DNA of 64,000 nt, from contig NVVN01000001.1 of NCBI GenBank assembly GCA_002733355.1, positions 189,091-253,090 of the forward strand. Direction: 5' to 3'. This DNA comes from Sulfurovum sp. (lineage in GTDB: Bacteria > Campylobacterota > Campylobacteria > Campylobacterales > Sulfurovaceae). This document shows positions 48,838-60,797 of this stretch, one piece after another. Under the pieces are notes generated by a model. The model was given only the letters and a program-made list of their open reading frames with translations. It was not told the origin of the DNA and ran no database searches. The position numbers were made by a program, and so were the translations under genes. Each line of letters starts with the position of its first letter. Within the stretch, counting starts at the first letter, position 1.

Positions 48838-48880
48838 GTTTTTCCTTAATATATTAAATTTGTATTATATTATATTATAT

Positions 48881-49462
48881 TTAAACTTTTTTTGGGTTTA
48901 TAATTAATGTATGGGATAAAAGTTTTTCCCATAACTTAGTATCTGACCACTCTTTTTTGATTTGGCTTGAAAAAACAATATCTTCAAGTGTGATTTCACC
49001 CATACGTTTTGAATAGGCATCTTCCTTAAATCCTTGCGCATATCCCGTCTCTGTCTCATGCACAATGATACTATGAAGTGCAACTTCACGTTCTCCATTT
49101 TGCATATCTGTACATGCTAAAACACGTTCAACCAAAAGATAAATAACCCTTGAAAACTGCTCTGCTGATGGAGAGACAGGAAGCTCTACCCATCTATTAC
49201 TGTGCTGTTTCATGGCTTCTAGATATTTAGCATCATCTTTTGACCACAACGTAATACCATGATCAAAAGAGTCTATAAGTTCTTTGATGTATCGTTTTGT
49301 TAAACCAAAATCATAGACCATCTGACCATTATCAAGATAATTAGATTCAAGTAAAACTTCTATCTTGTAGGAGTGACCATGAATATTTTCAGAACAACGT
49401 TGTGTCGTACAGTCACGAACGATATGTGCATTTTCAAATTTAAAAAGTTTTCGTATTAGCAT
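48881..49462 (-). CDS. queD: 6-carboxytetrahydropterin synthase
   Basis: F.NAH, C...IHGHSY, DFG, FDH, P.AE, ET. Confidence 0.9.
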   Translation of the reverse strand: MLIRKLFKFENAHIVRDCTTQRCSENIHGHSYKIEVLLESNYLDNGQMVYDFGLTKRYIKELIDSFDHGITLWSKDDAKYLEAMKQHSNRWVELPVSPSAEQFSRVIYLLVERVLACTDMQNGEREVALHSIIVHETETGYAQGFKEDAYSKRMGEITLEDIVFSSQIKKEWSDTKLWEKLLSHTLIINPKKV

Positions 49463-49503
49463 AATGTGTATCCTTAATTAGGAGTGTAGTTATCTGATTT
49501 TAT

Positions 49504-50262
49504 CTAAACACCCTGTGTTGTGTCAAATACCCTTATGTGCAGTCTATCACTATAATGAAAATTATGCTTCATGCAAAATTCAAAAACTGCTCTGTCATTT
49601 TTCCAAATACTATCTCTACTCTCACCTACAGGCATACAATAGACCTCTACATCTGGTAAAATTTCTATAATTTCATTGATTTCATCCAATGCTGTAGTCT
49701 CTACAAGTGCTGTGTCTATAGTAAACTTCAAAAATGCCTCTTTTGCATGGGAGTGAACATTTTTAAGTGCCTGATGATGTAGACGTTTTTGGACTGGTTC
49801 TCCAGAGTTAGCTAACTTTAATGAAAGGGCAAAGGTACAGGCTTTATAAGCGGGGTACCTATTAAAATCTATTTCTATTGTCCCATTGGTCTCAAAGGTA
49901 ATTTTTACATCATGCTCTAGCATACTTTTCACTACAGCATAAAACACTTCATCTTTAGCGTACATCAGTGGTTCACCACCGGTTATAACTATATGAGGTA
50001 GGTAGCCAATATTTTCAAACTCATGCTTAAGCTGTGTGATAAGTACATCAGAAGAACTAATCTTTTCCCACGAAGAAGAAAAATGCCCATCTACAGCAAA
50101 ATAGGTATCACATCCCAAACGCACTTCACCATTCACTTCGTACTCAGCTCCAAAACCTGGACAAGATAAATTACAACCACCTGTACGCAAAAAATAGGAT
50201 GGCACACCTGCATATTTTCCTTCACCTTGTATAGAAAAGAACTGTTCTGTAAGGTAAAACAT
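49504..50262 (-). CDS. queE: 7-carboxy-7-deazaguanine synthase
   Basis: F.SIQGEG, R..GCNL.C...CDT, ITGGEP, ETNGT, RLH. Confidence 0.92.
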   Translation of the reverse strand: MFYLTEQFFSIQGEGKYAGVPSYFLRTGGCNLSCPGFGAEYEVNGEVRLGCDTYFAVDGHFSSSWEKISSSDVLITQLKHEFENIGYLPHIVITGGEPLMYAKDEVFYAVVKSMLEHDVKITFETNGTIEIDFNRYPAYKACTFALSLKLANSGEPVQKRLHHQALKNVHSHAKEAFLKFTIDTALVETTALDEINEIIEILPDVEVYCMPVGESRDSIWKNDRAVFEFCMKHNFHYSDRLHIRVFDTTQGV

Positions 50263-51239
50263 CAGCCACCAGTCTCATAGAAGGCTCGTTTAGAAATCTC
50301 TCTGTCTTCTAGCTCATCTTCTGACCAACGGTTCTCCTTTGGTTTATCTTTAAGAACCTGTGCCAAGACATCAGCAGCCCCTTGAATATCACCTTTTTTA
50401 ACTGATTCAGCAATACTCAGTGCTTCATCAAAATAGAGACAGGGAATAAGATTACCCTCAGCAGTCAGTCTTATGCGATTACAGTTCTCACAGAAATCAT
50501 GTTTATGCGGGTCAATGAGTCCAAACTCATAGTCTAATTCTTGTATAAGGTAATTAAACGAAGGGCTAGCACCCTCACGTCCTAAGGCCTTAATAGTATA
50601 TTTCTCTTTTACTTTTTCTAGTATTTCTCTACCATGCATACCCTTAAGAGCCTGATCTGCATGAACATTTTCCATGTATTCAATAAAACGTACTTTAATA
50701 TCACGTGCTCTACCATAGTCTAAAATATCTAAAATCTCATTATCATTGATACCTTTTAATGGCACCATGTTAATTTTTACTTTTAAACCAACTTCTAAAG
50801 CTTTATCTATACCTTTCATGACTTGCCCTAATACATTTTTCCCAGCAATCTTAGCTGCTACATCAGGCTTCAGTGTATCTAGTGAAATATTCAGACGTTT
50901 AAGACCTGCATCTTTAAGTCTTTGTGCTGCTTCAGGAAGTAAAAAAGCATTCGTTGTCAATGCCAAATCAAGCCCCTCTTTATAATCATTTATCATCTTA
51001 ATAAAAGTATCTAAGTCTGCACGTAAAAGCGGTTCCCCACCTGTAAGGCGAATTTTATTTACCCCAGCATCAATAGCGACCTTTACAAATAAAAAGAGTT
51101 CTTCAAAAGTGAGAAGGTTTTCTTTAGGTACCCATGAAAAAGGTTTTTCTGGCATACAGTACTGACATCTAAAGTTACAACGTTCAGTTACCGATATACG
51201 AAGATAATTGACTTCGCGACCATGTCCATCTATAAGCAT
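50262..51239 (-). CDS. moaA: GTP 3',8-cyclase
   Basis: CNFRCQYC, C-terminal CxxCNR...PC, terminal GG. Confidence 0.96.
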   Translation of the reverse strand: MLIDGHGREVNYLRISVTERCNFRCQYCMPEKPFSWVPKENLLTFEELFLFVKVAIDAGVNKIRLTGGEPLLRADLDTFIKMINDYKEGLDLALTTNAFLLPEAAQRLKDAGLKRLNISLDTLKPDVAAKIAGKNVLGQVMKGIDKALEVGLKVKINMVPLKGINDNEILDILDYGRARDIKVRFIEYMENVHADQALKGMHGREILEKVKEKYTIKALGREGASPSFNYLIQELDYEFGLIDPHKHDFCENCNRIRLTAEGNLIPCLYFDEALSIAESVKKGDIQGAADVLAQVLKDKPKENRWSEDELEDREISKRAFYETGG

Positions 51240-51354
51240 TTAAAATCCAATATATAATATTTTAATATCTTTCTTTACTTAGGGTATCTAAAAATTGATA
51301 AAAATACAGTAAAAAGTACCCTTCATTAAAGGTTTTACTTGAGTTTGTGTTAAG

Positions 51355-51443
51355 TTTTGATTGAAAGGTGGTGTGAAGTGAAGGAGCTTATTCCTATAAG
51401 CGACTACAGGAAACACCACACTTCAAGTCGAAGGTGGCGTATA
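51355..51443. repeat. ERIC-like intergenic palindromic element
   Basis: Core AGGAGCTTAT-tcct-ATAAGCGACT inside the long stem TTGAAAGGTGGTGT...ACACCACACTTCAA; ends in GTATA. Confidence 0.6.
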
Positions 51444-51456
51444 ATCATGCGAAAGA

Positions 51457-52443
51457 CTAATGAAGTCCTTTCCACATTGCTTTTTTCCATAGGAACGCAA
51501 GTACTGTAAAGATAAAGAAGTAGAAAAGAACCCATGGCCCTAATGCCTCTCTATGTTTTTTACTTGGATCACCAATTTCAGTTAAGTATTCTTTGACCTT
51601 TTCATAACCTTCATGTGAAAGTCCAACCCTAGGCATAGATGTACCTGGTAACTGTGTTTGAGGATTTTCAATAAATGTTTCCATGAAATGTTCACCTCTT
51701 GCTCTAATAATCATAGAAAGATCCGGCGGTAATTTACCCATATAGGCTTTCACTGCATCTTGCTCTTCAAGTACTTTTATTTTATGTGCCAATGCATCTT
51801 TCTCATGCTTGAATTTTGGAGTATCTCCAAGTTGTGTTATATTTGCATAACGCATAGCATGACATCTAGTACATGCTTCAGCAAAGGCTTCTTTTGGTGT
51901 AACTTCACCTGCTTTTTTAGCCATCAAATAGGCTACTACATCTGCGATAGATTGATCATCAGTAAACATAGAACTAACAGACCCCATAGGATGCATCATC
52001 GTATCTGCATATTTATGATCTACATTTGATGCCATCGCAGGATCTTTTACAAGTGCTATAAGATAATTCTTTTCATATAATGTACCTGCATGTTCAAGAC
52101 TTGGAGGAACAACACCACCCATATTTGCAGCACCATCCATATGACAACCCATACACATAGCAAAACCTGCTTCACCAGCAGTCATATTGCCTTTTAAGGC
52201 AGAGATTTTTTTAACATCTGCCCAAAAAGTCTTTTTCTTAGCAACCAATGCTGTATCACCCTTACGTTCAGCTTGTTCAATATCTCCTGAACCGTCATAA
52301 GCGAAACCACGACTTTCTATTTTAATCTCATTACCTTCAGCATCTACTTTTTTATGCATTTCATGATGTGCATATGGTTCTACTAAATAATACGTCAATA
52401 ATGAAAAGAAGACAACAACTGCTAATACTTTTAATTCTCTCAT
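51457..52443 (-). CDS. petC: Dihaem cytochrome c1 of the bc1 complex
   Basis: CMGCH and CTRCH, PPDLS, MP, C-terminal TM anchor. Confidence 0.92.
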   Translation of the reverse strand: MRELKVLAVVVFFSLLTYYLVEPYAHHEMHKKVDAEGNEIKIESRGFAYDGSGDIEQAERKGDTALVAKKKTFWADVKKISALKGNMTAGEAGFAMCMGCHMDGAANMGGVVPPSLEHAGTLYEKNYLIALVKDPAMASNVDHKYADTMMHPMGSVSSMFTDDQSIADVVAYLMAKKAGEVTPKEAFAEACTRCHAMRYANITQLGDTPKFKHEKDALAHKIKVLEEQDAVKAYMGKLPPDLSMIIRARGEHFMETFIENPQTQLPGTSMPRVGLSHEGYEKVKEYLTEIGDPSKKHREALGPWVLFYFFIFTVLAFLWKKAMWKGLH

Positions 52444-52444
52444 G

Positions 52445-53680
52445 TTATGCTCCTTTCTCTATTTTTTTCTCAAACATTGTAATAACAATCAATATAGGCC
52501 ACATCAACAAGAACAATACTGCTGATACCAGTCCGACAAATGCAAATGTTGGATCAGTTGGAGGAAGTTTCCCCATCGCAGTAAGTATAATCATGTCTAC
52601 AAGAAGTACCCAGAACCAAATTTGGAAAAGACCTCTTTTATGTGCAGGTGCTACATTTGGACTTCTGTCAAGGAATGGTAATAAGAAAAATACTACTTGC
52701 GCAAAAGCAAAAGCAATCAAACCAATATCCTTAGAAAAAGGTCTCAAAATCTCATATGACCATAAAAAATACCACTCAGGATAGATGTGTGCCGGTGTAC
52801 TAAGACCATCTGCCGGGTCAAAGTTTACAGGATCCATCGCAAAGTTAAAGTGGTAGAACACCAAGTAAAAGAAGAGTATAAAGTACACACCCATCACAAA
52901 TAAATCTTTACTTAAAAATACAGGAGAGAAAGGAATAACTTTAGACTCTTTTCTGTTACCCGCTTTCCAAAGTGCTGCTGATTCTTCATAGTCTATATCT
53001 GCACCTTCTTGATTGTTTACGTGTGGCAATCTAAGTGTACCAAAGTGTAATACTATCAACCCAATAATCACTAAAGGAATAAGTAAGACATGTAACATAA
53101 AGAAACGTGTCAAGTATGCATCACCGGGAACATAATCCCCTCTAATCCACTCTACTAAACCTACAGCTTCTAGTGATCCTCCAGCAAACAACTCTGTAAT
53201 AACCATACCTGCCCAGTAAGACATTTGACCCCATGGAAGCATGTATCCAGAAAATGCCTCTGCAGAGAATGCAACAAAAAGTCCCATACCTGAAAGCCAA
53301 ATTAACTCTCTTCCTTTTTTGTATGAACCGTAGTAGATTCCTGTAAACATATGAATGTAAATAATAAGGAAGACAATAGATGCCCCTACACCATGTATAT
53401 GTCTCCATAGCCAACCATAGCCAACTTCAGACATAATAGTGTAATTTACAGAGTCAAATGCAGTTGCTACATCCGGCTTGTAGTACATAAGTAAAAAAAT
53501 ACCTGATACTAAAAGAATACCAAATGTCGCTGCCAATACCATACCCATAGCCCATAAGAAATTAATATCTTTTGGAATCCAGTACTCAGTATTGAGTACT
53601 CTCATTAATGTGTTCAGTCCTATACGCTCATCTAACCACTTATTAGAGAATGGTTTAGCGTTTTCATCAAAATGTGCCAT
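52445..53680 (-). CDS. petB: Cytochrome b
   Basis: PWGQMSYW, PEWY, haem-ligating His residues. Confidence 0.97.
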   Translation of the reverse strand: MAHFDENAKPFSNKWLDERIGLNTLMRVLNTEYWIPKDINFLWAMGMVLAATFGILLVSGIFLLMYYKPDVATAFDSVNYTIMSEVGYGWLWRHIHGVGASIVFLIIYIHMFTGIYYGSYKKGRELIWLSGMGLFVAFSAEAFSGYMLPWGQMSYWAGMVITELFAGGSLEAVGLVEWIRGDYVPGDAYLTRFFMLHVLLIPLVIIGLIVLHFGTLRLPHVNNQEGADIDYEESAALWKAGNRKESKVIPFSPVFLSKDLFVMGVYFILFFYLVFYHFNFAMDPVNFDPADGLSTPAHIYPEWYFLWSYEILRPFSKDIGLIAFAFAQVVFFLLPFLDRSPNVAPAHKRGLFQIWFWVLLVDMIILTAMGKLPPTDPTFAFVGLVSAVLFLLMWPILIVITMFEKKIEKGA

Positions 53681-53689
53681 TTTTTTCCC

Positions 53690-54202
53690 TTACGCTATAA
53701 GACCAGCGTCTTTCATTTTTTTAAACTCTGGACCTTCTTCTCCGAGTACTAGCTTTGTTCCGTCAATTTTAAATGGTGGTATAACCAATGGTCCAGGTGG
53801 TGGTCCAAAAATTTGATGTCCACTTGCATCAAATTCTCCGCCATGACATGCACATTTAAACTTATGCTCGTTACCCTGATATGCGGGAATACACCCTAGG
53901 TGAGTACAAAGACCCACAACAATAAGAAATCTATCTTTTCCTATAATAACATCTCTGTCATCTGGTTTCATATCTGCTGATTTTTTCAAAACAAAGATAG
54001 GTTTACCTCTCCACTTTTCAACGTTAAGTACATTAGGCTGAGCCCCAGATACATCAATTTCAGTAAATCCTGCGGCTGCTACTGATGGTAAAGGATCCCA
54101 AGAACGTTTTGCAGCATACAGTGCGCCTACACCACCTACAGCAGCACATGCTCCAAGTGCCATACCCATAAAGTCTCTACGACCTTTTTCTTCTTCTTGC
54201 AT
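53690..54202 (-). CDS. petA: Rieske iron-sulfur protein
   Basis: RRDFM Tat motif, CTHLGC, CACHG. Confidence 0.97.
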   Translation of the reverse strand: MQEEEKGRRDFMGMALGACAAVGGVGALYAAKRSWDPLPSVAAAGFTEIDVSGAQPNVLNVEKWRGKPIFVLKKSADMKPDDRDVIIGKDRFLIVVGLCTHLGCIPAYQGNEHKFKCACHGGEFDASGHQIFGPPPGPLVIPPFKIDGTKLVLGEEGPEFKKMKDAGLIA

Positions 54203-54397
54203 ATTTTCTCCTAAATAAAGTATAGTTAGTAATAGTATTATATGAAATTTAGGTTGTAAGGCAGTCTATATACATCCTCTTTTATAGATGTTATATACGT
54301 TTTTATCTATGGGTGTTACTATTGGTAAGTTCATTTTTAATAAATTTTTTCTAGTTTATGATTTACATAAGTAGAAATTATTATAAATTAAAAAGTT

Positions 54398-56269
54398 CTA
54401 TTTTCTTGCTTTTTGTCTCATTTTTATATGTACATGTACTATTTCTAATGCTGCGGGTGTGACACCTGATATTTGCGAGGCAGAAAAAAGTGTGGGTGGT
54501 GTTGCAAGTTCAAGTTTTTCTATAACCTCATTACTGAGTCCTGATATTGAATTATATACAAAATCTAATGGTATCTTGATTTTAAGCATATCATCCATTT
54601 GGAGGATTTGTGCTTGTTGTTTCTCTATATAACGGCTGTATTTTGCTTCTATAAGTATTTGTTCTATCACTTCATCTTCATATTTATCAAAGTCTGGCAG
54701 TAAAGTGGTAAGTTTTTCTCTATTAATGTCTCCACGCCCTATGACATCCATCCAGCGTGTTTTTTCATTGATTTTTACTGCCCCTATTTCTTCTAGTTTT
54801 GCTAAAAAAATCTTGTTTGGGGTCACGTAGTTTTCTGACAAAAACAATAGTGCTTCATCAAGTGCAGTTTTTTTTACTTCAAACTTATCCATATAGACAT
54901 CATCTAAAAGTCCTAACTCTTTTCCATAACGTGAAAGTCTCATGTCTGCATTGTCTTCTCGTAAAAGAAGTCTATACTCAGCGCGACTTGTAAACATACG
55001 GTAAGGTTCCTTGGTTCCTTTGGTAACAAGGTCATCTATGAGTACGCCGATATAGGCTTCGTCACGTCTAAGGATAAAAGGTTCTTTGCCTTGTATATTA
55101 AGCGCTGCATTAATCCCTGCCATGAGACCTTGTGCGGCTGCTTCTTCATACCCTGTGGTACCATTAATCTGTCCAGCAGTATAAAGCCCTTTTATCTTTT
55201 TAGTTTCCAAGGTATGTTTGAGTTCTGTTGGTTGCACATAGTCATACTCTATCGCATAGCCATAACGTACTATTTTGGCATTTTCCATACCTTCTATTGA
55301 CTGTATCATTTCAAGTTGTACATCTATAGGTAGAGAAGTGCTCATACCATTGATATAATACTCCGTTTCATCCATGGTTTGAGGCTCCACAAATATCTGA
55401 TGTCGAGGCCTGTCACGAAAACGACTAATTTTATCTTCGATACTTGGACAGTAACGTGGACCTACACCTTCTATCTGCCCAGAAAACATCGGTGCTCTAT
55501 GGAAGTTAGATTCTATTATTTTATGCGTCTCTTCATTCGTGTACGTGATATAACATGGTAACTGTTTAGGATTAAAGGTTTTTTTATCTGTTCTAAACGA
55601 AAAGGGTGGAGGAGGCACATCTCCAGGTTGTTCTTCCATCACAGAAGTATCTACAGATTTTGCATCTATTCTTGCGCAGGTTCCTGTCTTTAACCTACCA
55701 ATTTCGATACCCAGACTTTTCATATATTCTGCCAGTTCAACTGAGGCAAATTCCCCTTGTCTTCCAGCAGTTTGTTTTTTATCTCCTATATGAATCAGTC
55801 CATTTAAAAATGTCCCTGCAGTAATGATGACTTTTGAAGCTTCATACGTATTACCAAGTTGGGTTGTCACACCTTTGACTATCCCATCTTCTACCACAAG
55901 CCCATCGGCTATCTCTTGCTTGACATCTAGGTTGATAGTATTGAGCACTACATTACGCATGTACAAACGGTACTTATCCATATCTATCTGTGCTCTTGTA
56001 CCTCGTACTGCCGGACCTTTGGAAGCATTGAGTGTTCTAAACTGTATACCTGTTTTGTCTGTACAAATGCCCATCTCACCACCAAGAGCATCTACTTCAC
56101 GCACCAAGTGTCCTTTCGCAAGCCCACCTATGGCAGGATTACAAGAACTGGCACCTATTTGTTCCGCTAATATAGTAATGAGTAGTGTCTTAACACCCAT
56201 ACGTGCAGAAGCCAATGAGGCTTCTATCCCCGCATGGCCACCACCAATGACGATAACATCATAATCCAT
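54398..56269 (-). CDS. mnmG: tRNA uridine-5-carboxymethylaminomethyl(34) synthesis enzyme
   Basis: [43 protein letters not shown]. Confidence 0.98.
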   Translation of the reverse strand: MDYDVIVIGGGHAGIEASLASARMGVKTLLITILAEQIGASSCNPAIGGLAKGHLVREVDALGGEMGICTDKTGIQFRTLNASKGPAVRGTRAQIDMDKYRLYMRNVVLNTINLDVKQEIADGLVVEDGIVKGVTTQLGNTYEASKVIITAGTFLNGLIHIGDKKQTAGRQGEFASVELAEYMKSLGIEIGRLKTGTCARIDAKSVDTSVMEEQPGDVPPPPFSFRTDKKTFNPKQLPCYITYTNEETHKIIESNFHRAPMFSGQIEGVGPRYCPSIEDKISRFRDRPRHQIFVEPQTMDETEYYINGMSTSLPIDVQLEMIQSIEGMENAKIVRYGYAIEYDYVQPTELKHTLETKKIKGLYTAGQINGTTGYEEAAAQGLMAGINAALNIQGKEPFILRRDEAYIGVLIDDLVTKGTKEPYRMFTSRAEYRLLLREDNADMRLSRYGKELGLLDDVYMDKFEVKKTALDEALLFLSENYVTPNKIFLAKLEEIGAVKINEKTRWMDVIGRGDINREKLTTLLPDFDKYEDEVIEQILIEAKYSRYIEKQQAQILQMDDMLKIKIPLDFVYNSISGLSNEVIEKLELATPPTLFSASQISGVTPAALEIVHVHIKMRQKARK

Positions 56270-56321
56270 TTTAAACCTTGTGCTATAATATGCGAATTAT
56301 ATCCAAATAAATTGAGGTACT

Positions 56322-56939
56322 ATGTTTACAGGACTTATACGAGAAATAGCCAAAGTAAAAAACTATCAAAACAACATCTTAACCATCCAATCAGAGCATA
56401 AAGCAAAACTTGGAGATTCTATCGCTATCAATGGTGTATGTTTGACAGTCATAAATGTACATAGTGATGGTTTTGATCTCGAGCTCGCAGATGAAACCCG
56501 TGGCATCATAGATGAGAGTAAGATAAGTGGACAGGTACATTTGGAACCTGCGATGATGATGGGTGATCGTTTTGAAGGACATATCGTTCAGGGACATGTG
56601 GATTGTGTGGGGACAGTGAGCAAAATAACTCCTAGAGAAAATGCCACTGATTNCATTATCACTGTAGAAAAAAAATATATCGCTCATATTATCCCAAAAG
56701 GTTCTATTACTATAGATGGTATTTCACTCACTGTCAATGATGTTGGAAGCGATAATTTTAGGCTCACCATTATCCCCCATACACTGAAAAAGACTTTAAT
56801 GAAAAACTATAAAGTGGGCACAAAACTTAACATAGAAACCGATGTTTTTGCCAGATACATAGACCACATACTTTCACATCGCAGCACTAAGAAAAGTATG
56901 TCTTGGGATGATGTTGACAACATGCAAATGACTTATTAG
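56322..56939 (+). CDS. ribC: Riboflavin synthase
   Basis: MFTGL, GDSIAINGVCLTV, GH.VQGHVD, KGSI.IDG.SLT. Confidence 0.95.
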   Translation: MFTGLIREIAKVKNYQNNILTIQSEHKAKLGDSIAINGVCLTVINVHSDGFDLELADETRGIIDESKISGQVHLEPAMMMGDRFEGHIVQGHVDCVGTVSKITPRENATDXIITVEKKYIAHIIPKGSITIDGISLTVNDVGSDNFRLTIIPHTLKKTLMKNYKVGTKLNIETDVFARYIDHILSHRSTKKSMSWDDVDNMQMTY

Positions 56940-57232
56940 TGAACATCTACGATTATACCCTTCCAAAAACAGGAGAAACATTTACTACTCTGCTTGAACA
57001 CAAAAATATAAAAATCAACCGTATTACCAGTTCAAAGACTGTTGAACCGATTGAATATATTCAAGAAGAAGATGAATGGCTAGTACTTCTTCAGGGAAAA
57101 GCCACGCTGTTGATGCAAGGGACTGAAGTTGTTTTGACTGGAGGTGAAACACTTTTTATTCCTGCTAAAACACCCCATAGTGTCATTCAAACAGATGATA
57201 ATACTCTATGGTTGGCTGTACATATTTTATAA
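56939..57232 (+). CDS. Cupin-domain protein
   Basis: Q.EDEW..L..G.A, IPA...H.V, WLAVH. Confidence 0.8.
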   Translation: MNIYDYTLPKTGETFTTLLEHKNIKINRITSSKTVEPIEYIQEEDEWLVLLQGKATLLMQGTEVVLTGGETLFIPAKTPHSVIQTDDNTLWLAVHIL

Positions 57233-57284
57233 AGTTGTTCTTTGCAAAATATTTTGTTAAAATACGACATATAAAGGACACACA

Positions 57285-57797
57285 ATGATTTCAAAAAAAA
57301 TGGCCAAAGCACTTAATGAACAACTCAATCATGAGTTTTACTCTGCATTTCTTTATCTTTCCATGTCAGCATATTGTAGTAAAAAAGATTTTAACGGCGC
57401 TGCANGTTGGTTTCTCCTCCAGTATCAAGAAGAACAACAGCATGCAACACGTATTTATAATTATATTATAGATCAAAGTGCAACAGTAACACTGCAGCAA
57501 ATTGATAAGCCTGGTAAAAAATATGGAACGCTACTAGAGACATACCAACAAAGTTTAGCGCATGAACAATATATGACAAATATGTTAAATGACCTAAGCA
57601 ATCAAGCACTCAATGAAAAAGATCATGCTACATATAATCTCCTCCAATGGTTTGTCAATGAGCAGGTTGAAGAAGAAGCAACACTCAATGAAATCATATC
57701 AAAAATAAAACTTGTTAAAAATGATGGCTATGGGTTACTGATGATAGACAATGAACTTGGTAAAAGAACCTCAGCTGGTGCTGACGCAACAGCATAA
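57285..57797 (+). CDS. ftnA: Non-haem ferritin
   Basis: E..SA..YL.M, EE..HA, HE, QWFV.EQ.EEE. Confidence 0.93.
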   Translation: MISKKMAKALNEQLNHEFYSAFLYLSMSAYCSKKDFNGAAXWFLLQYQEEQQHATRIYNYIIDQSATVTLQQIDKPGKKYGTLLETYQQSLAHEQYMTNMLNDLSNQALNEKDHATYNLLQWFVNEQVEEEATLNEIISKIKLVKNDGYGLLMIDNELGKRTSAGADATA

Positions 57798-57818
57798 AAG
57801 TTGATTACTTCCCTGTAT

Positions 57819-58601
57819 TTATTCGGTGATGAGATAATTCTTATCCCGCATACTTTTTGCCTCAACGTTACGTACTTTTTTTAATTCCATATCTATATAC
57901 TCAAAATTATCTAANATTTTTAATGACGCTACAGTAGAATAGCGCATCATTTCTGCTCTGTGCACAAAGATATAAAAACCGTTTTCATAAAGTCCCAAAC
58001 GTATGGCTGCTGCGGTTGAATATGTGGTGAGGATAGCATCATCATAACACAACATCCTAATATCTGAAAACCACTCTTTTGTCCAAAGCAGTGGGTTGTG
58101 TACTGGGCTAAATGCATCTTGATACACGATGTCTATCTTCTCTTTAATCTTAGGGATGTTTTTTCTTGCATCTCCTAATAAAATTTCTATTTTAAACTGT
58201 GCATCTTCGTAGTAAAGATCCCTTGAAATAGCTTTGATAATAGGCTTGATACAATCAAATTCTGGAGGAAAATCAAATGTATCTAAAGAACGCACTAGAT
58301 CTTCATCAAACTCTGGAGAAAGTATGTGTATTTTTGTGTTTAAATCATGTTTTTTAATGTAATACAATGTTGCAAAAGTATTATAACCCAGACCAAAACA
58401 GATATCTAAAATAGTAAGTGTCTTTTTATCTGATTTAAGAGAGAAAGAGGGCTTTACATATTTTTGTAAACTTTCATGTAAAGCACCATCTTTAGTAGAA
58501 TGATANGGTTCATTAAATGCGTGTGAAAATAAAGTGTAACTGCCATCTTCACAAAGTACTAAGTCTTTTTTAGGGCTTAATACTTTATTATTTGTTTGCA
58601 T
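57819..58601 (-). CDS. MnmC/MnmD-type tRNA (mnm5s2U34) methyltransferase domain protein
   Basis: DGS.TL.S..F.E.YHS..GA, FGLGYN, DAFSP..NP.LW. Confidence 0.85.
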   Translation of the reverse strand: MQTNNKVLSPKKDLVLCEDGSYTLFSHAFNEXYHSTKDGALHESLQKYVKPSFSLKSDKKTLTILDICFGLGYNTFATLYYIKKHDLNTKIHILSPEFDEDLVRSLDTFDFPPEFDCIKPIIKAISRDLYYEDAQFKIEILLGDARKNIPKIKEKIDIVYQDAFSPVHNPLLWTKEWFSDIRMLCYDDAILTTYSTAAAIRLGLYENGFYIFVHRAEMMRYSTVASLKXLDNFEYIDMELKKVRNVEAKSMRDKNYLITE

Positions 58602-59103
58602 TTTTGAGTTGTTTTTTACTCATTTTTAATTTTTTATTATCCATTTTACCTATACCTCTTTTGACTACTGTTTTGGCTATCTTTTGTGCTTCATCTAATG
58701 AGTGCATCCCACAGGTACCACACTGATAGAGGTTAAGCTCTGGTATGTCACCCTCCGTTTTTACGCCCAACACATCTTCCATCGATTTTTTCCAAGCTTT
58801 AGCTACTGTTTTTGCTTTTGGGTTTCCAAGCAATGACATATAAAACCCAGTACGACATCCCATAGGAGAAAGGTCTATAATTTCTACTTTCTTGTTGTTC
58901 AAGTGCTCTCTCATAAAACCTGCAAAAAGATGCTCCAATGTATGAATACCTTTCTCAGAAAGTATCTCTTCATTTGGCACACAAAAACGTAAATCAAATA
59001 CGGTAATATCATCACCACTTGGTGTTGACATGGTCTTTGCAACCCTTACTGCTGGTGCTATCATCTTCGTGTGGTCTACTGTAAAACTGTCTAATAGTGG
59101 CAT
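58588..59103 (-). CDS. luxS: S-ribosylhomocysteine lyase
   Basis: [23 protein letters not shown]. Confidence 0.97.
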   Translation of the reverse strand: MPLLDSFTVDHTKMIAPAVRVAKTMSTPSGDDITVFDLRFCVPNEEILSEKGIHTLEHLFAGFMREHLNNKKVEIIDLSPMGCRTGFYMSLLGNPKAKTVAKAWKKSMEDVLGVKTEGDIPELNLYQCGTCGMHSLDEAQKIAKTVVKRGIGKMDNKKLKMSKKQLKNANK

Positions 59104-59168
59104 AGGTATATCCTTTAAATATAATGTTTATTATAGCTTTAAAATGAGCAAAAGGGTTAAAAAATGAA

Positions 59169-60797
59169 TCAAATACTATTATCATTCACTTCTTTTTCAT
59201 TGATATCTGGTAGTTTTGGTGCAGATAAAAGAAGTTTTTGAGTATATTCATGCTGAGGGTTTTGCATGACATCACTTACAAGACCCTGTTCGACTATTTT
59301 TCCTTCCTTCATCACAGCCACTTCATCTGCAACAATAGGGACAATGGACAAATCATGCGTGATAAACAGATAAGATACGCCTGACTCTTCTTGTAGTTTT
59401 TTAAGCAGTTTAAGTACTTGCACCCGAACAGATACATCAAGTGCTGATGTAGGCTCATCACAGATAATGAGTTCTGGTTCTACAGCCAATGCTCTGGCAA
59501 TACCTATTCGCTGACGTTGCCCACCAGAGAACTCATGAGGATAACGATTAACATAGTCTGCTTTTAGCTCCACCTTTAAAAGCAATGTTTTAATATATTC
59601 ATCCTGTAACACTCTTGTTTTCGGACCCACACCAAGACTAATCATACCTTCTCTAATAATATCACCAATGCTCATGCGGGGATTCAATGCTGAAAAAGGA
59701 TCTTGAAAAATAATTTGTATCTTGCGTCGATACACTTTCAAAGCCTTATTGCTTAAACGTATAAGATCTATATTTTCAAACTTTACACTCCCCTGTGTAA
59801 TAGGTATTAATGATAAGATAGCCTGACCTATTGTACTTTTTCCAGAACCCGACTCTCCTACCAAAGCAAGTGTTTGACCTTTTTTTATCGAAAATGTTAC
59901 GCCATCAACAGCTTTAACATATCCTACTGTTCGTTGTAAAAAACCTTTTTTAATGGGAAAATAAACCTTTAATTCTTTTACTTCAAGTAATGCATCTTTT
60001 TCTGTATCTGTTGTACTCTTTTCTATTTTCATCATGGCATCATTTAGCAGGCTTTGTGTATATGGATGTTGAGGATGAGTAAAAAATGTTTTACACTCTG
60101 CTTGCTCTAAAATTTTCCCATGGCGCATCACTGCTACTCTATCGGCCATTTGTGCAACGATAGCCATATCATGGGTAATAAAAAGGATAGAAAGCCCTCT
60201 GTCTTTTTGTATTTTCTTCAAAAGCGTCAATACCTGTGCCTGTATCGTAACATCCAATGCAGTTGTAGGTTCATCAGCAATAAGTAAATCGGGTTCACAC
60301 GCCAAAGCAATCGCAATCATAACCCGTTGCTTCTGCCCACCTGATAACTGATGGGGATACCAACTGTATCTCTCCTCTGGATTTTTTAATGCCACTTCTT
60401 CAAAAAGAGAGATAACTTTCTTCTTGACCGCCTCTTTTTTCAAACCCAAATGTATCTTGATTACCTCAGCTACTTGCTCGCCTATGGTCATAACAGGGTT
60501 AAGCGCAGACATGGGCTCTTGAAATATCATAGCAATTTGTTTGCCACGTATTTTTTGCATTTGTGATTCAGGCAAGGTAAACAAAGATCTGTTTTTTAAC
60601 ATGATATCTCCAGAACTTACCGATATCACATCTGGTAATAATCTCATAATAGCCAATGAGGTTAAAGATTTTCCAGATCCTGATTCACCTACCAAGGCAA
60701 ATATCTCGCCTTGTCGTATTTCAAAGCTAATTGCATTTAAAAGTTTATCATTATCGATAGATACACTTAAGTCTGTGACAGTTAAAATAATACTCAT
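59169..60797 (-). CDS. Peptide/nickel ABC transporter ATPase with duplicated NBD
   Basis: Two GESGSGKS Walker A motifs; LSGGQ and FSGGQ signatures. Confidence 0.95.
   Translation of the reverse strand: MSIILTVTDLSVSIDNDKLLNAISFEIRQGEIFALVGESGSGKSLTSLAIMRLLPDVISVSSGDIMLKNRSLFTLPESQMQKIRGKQIAMIFQEPMSALNPVMTIGEQVAEVIKIHLGLKKEAVKKKVISLFEEVALKNPEERYSWYPHQLSGGQKQRVMIAIALACEPDLLIADEPTTALDVTIQAQVLTLLKKIQKDRGLSILFITHDMAIVAQMADRVAVMRHGKILEQAECKTFFTHPQHPYTQSLLNDAMMKIEKSTTDTEKDALLEVKELKVYFPIKKGFLQRTVGYVKAVDGVTFSIKKGQTLALVGESGSGKSTIGQAILSLIPITQGSVKFENIDLIRLSNKALKVYRRKIQIIFQDPFSALNPRMSIGDIIREGMISLGVGPKTRVLQDEYIKTLLLKVELKADYVNRYPHEFSGGQRQRIGIARALAVEPELIICDEPTSALDVSVRVQVLKLLKKLQEESGVSYLFITHDLSIVPIVADEVAVMKEGKIVEQGLVSDVMQNPQHEYTQKLLLSAPKLPDINEKEVNDNSI

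Noticed and set aside
49504..50262. Non-canonical radical SAM Cys spacing in QueE
   Set aside because: Spacing variants are known within QueE.
51457..52443. Dihaem cytochrome c1 as a novelty
   Set aside because: Already known for Campylobacterota PetC.
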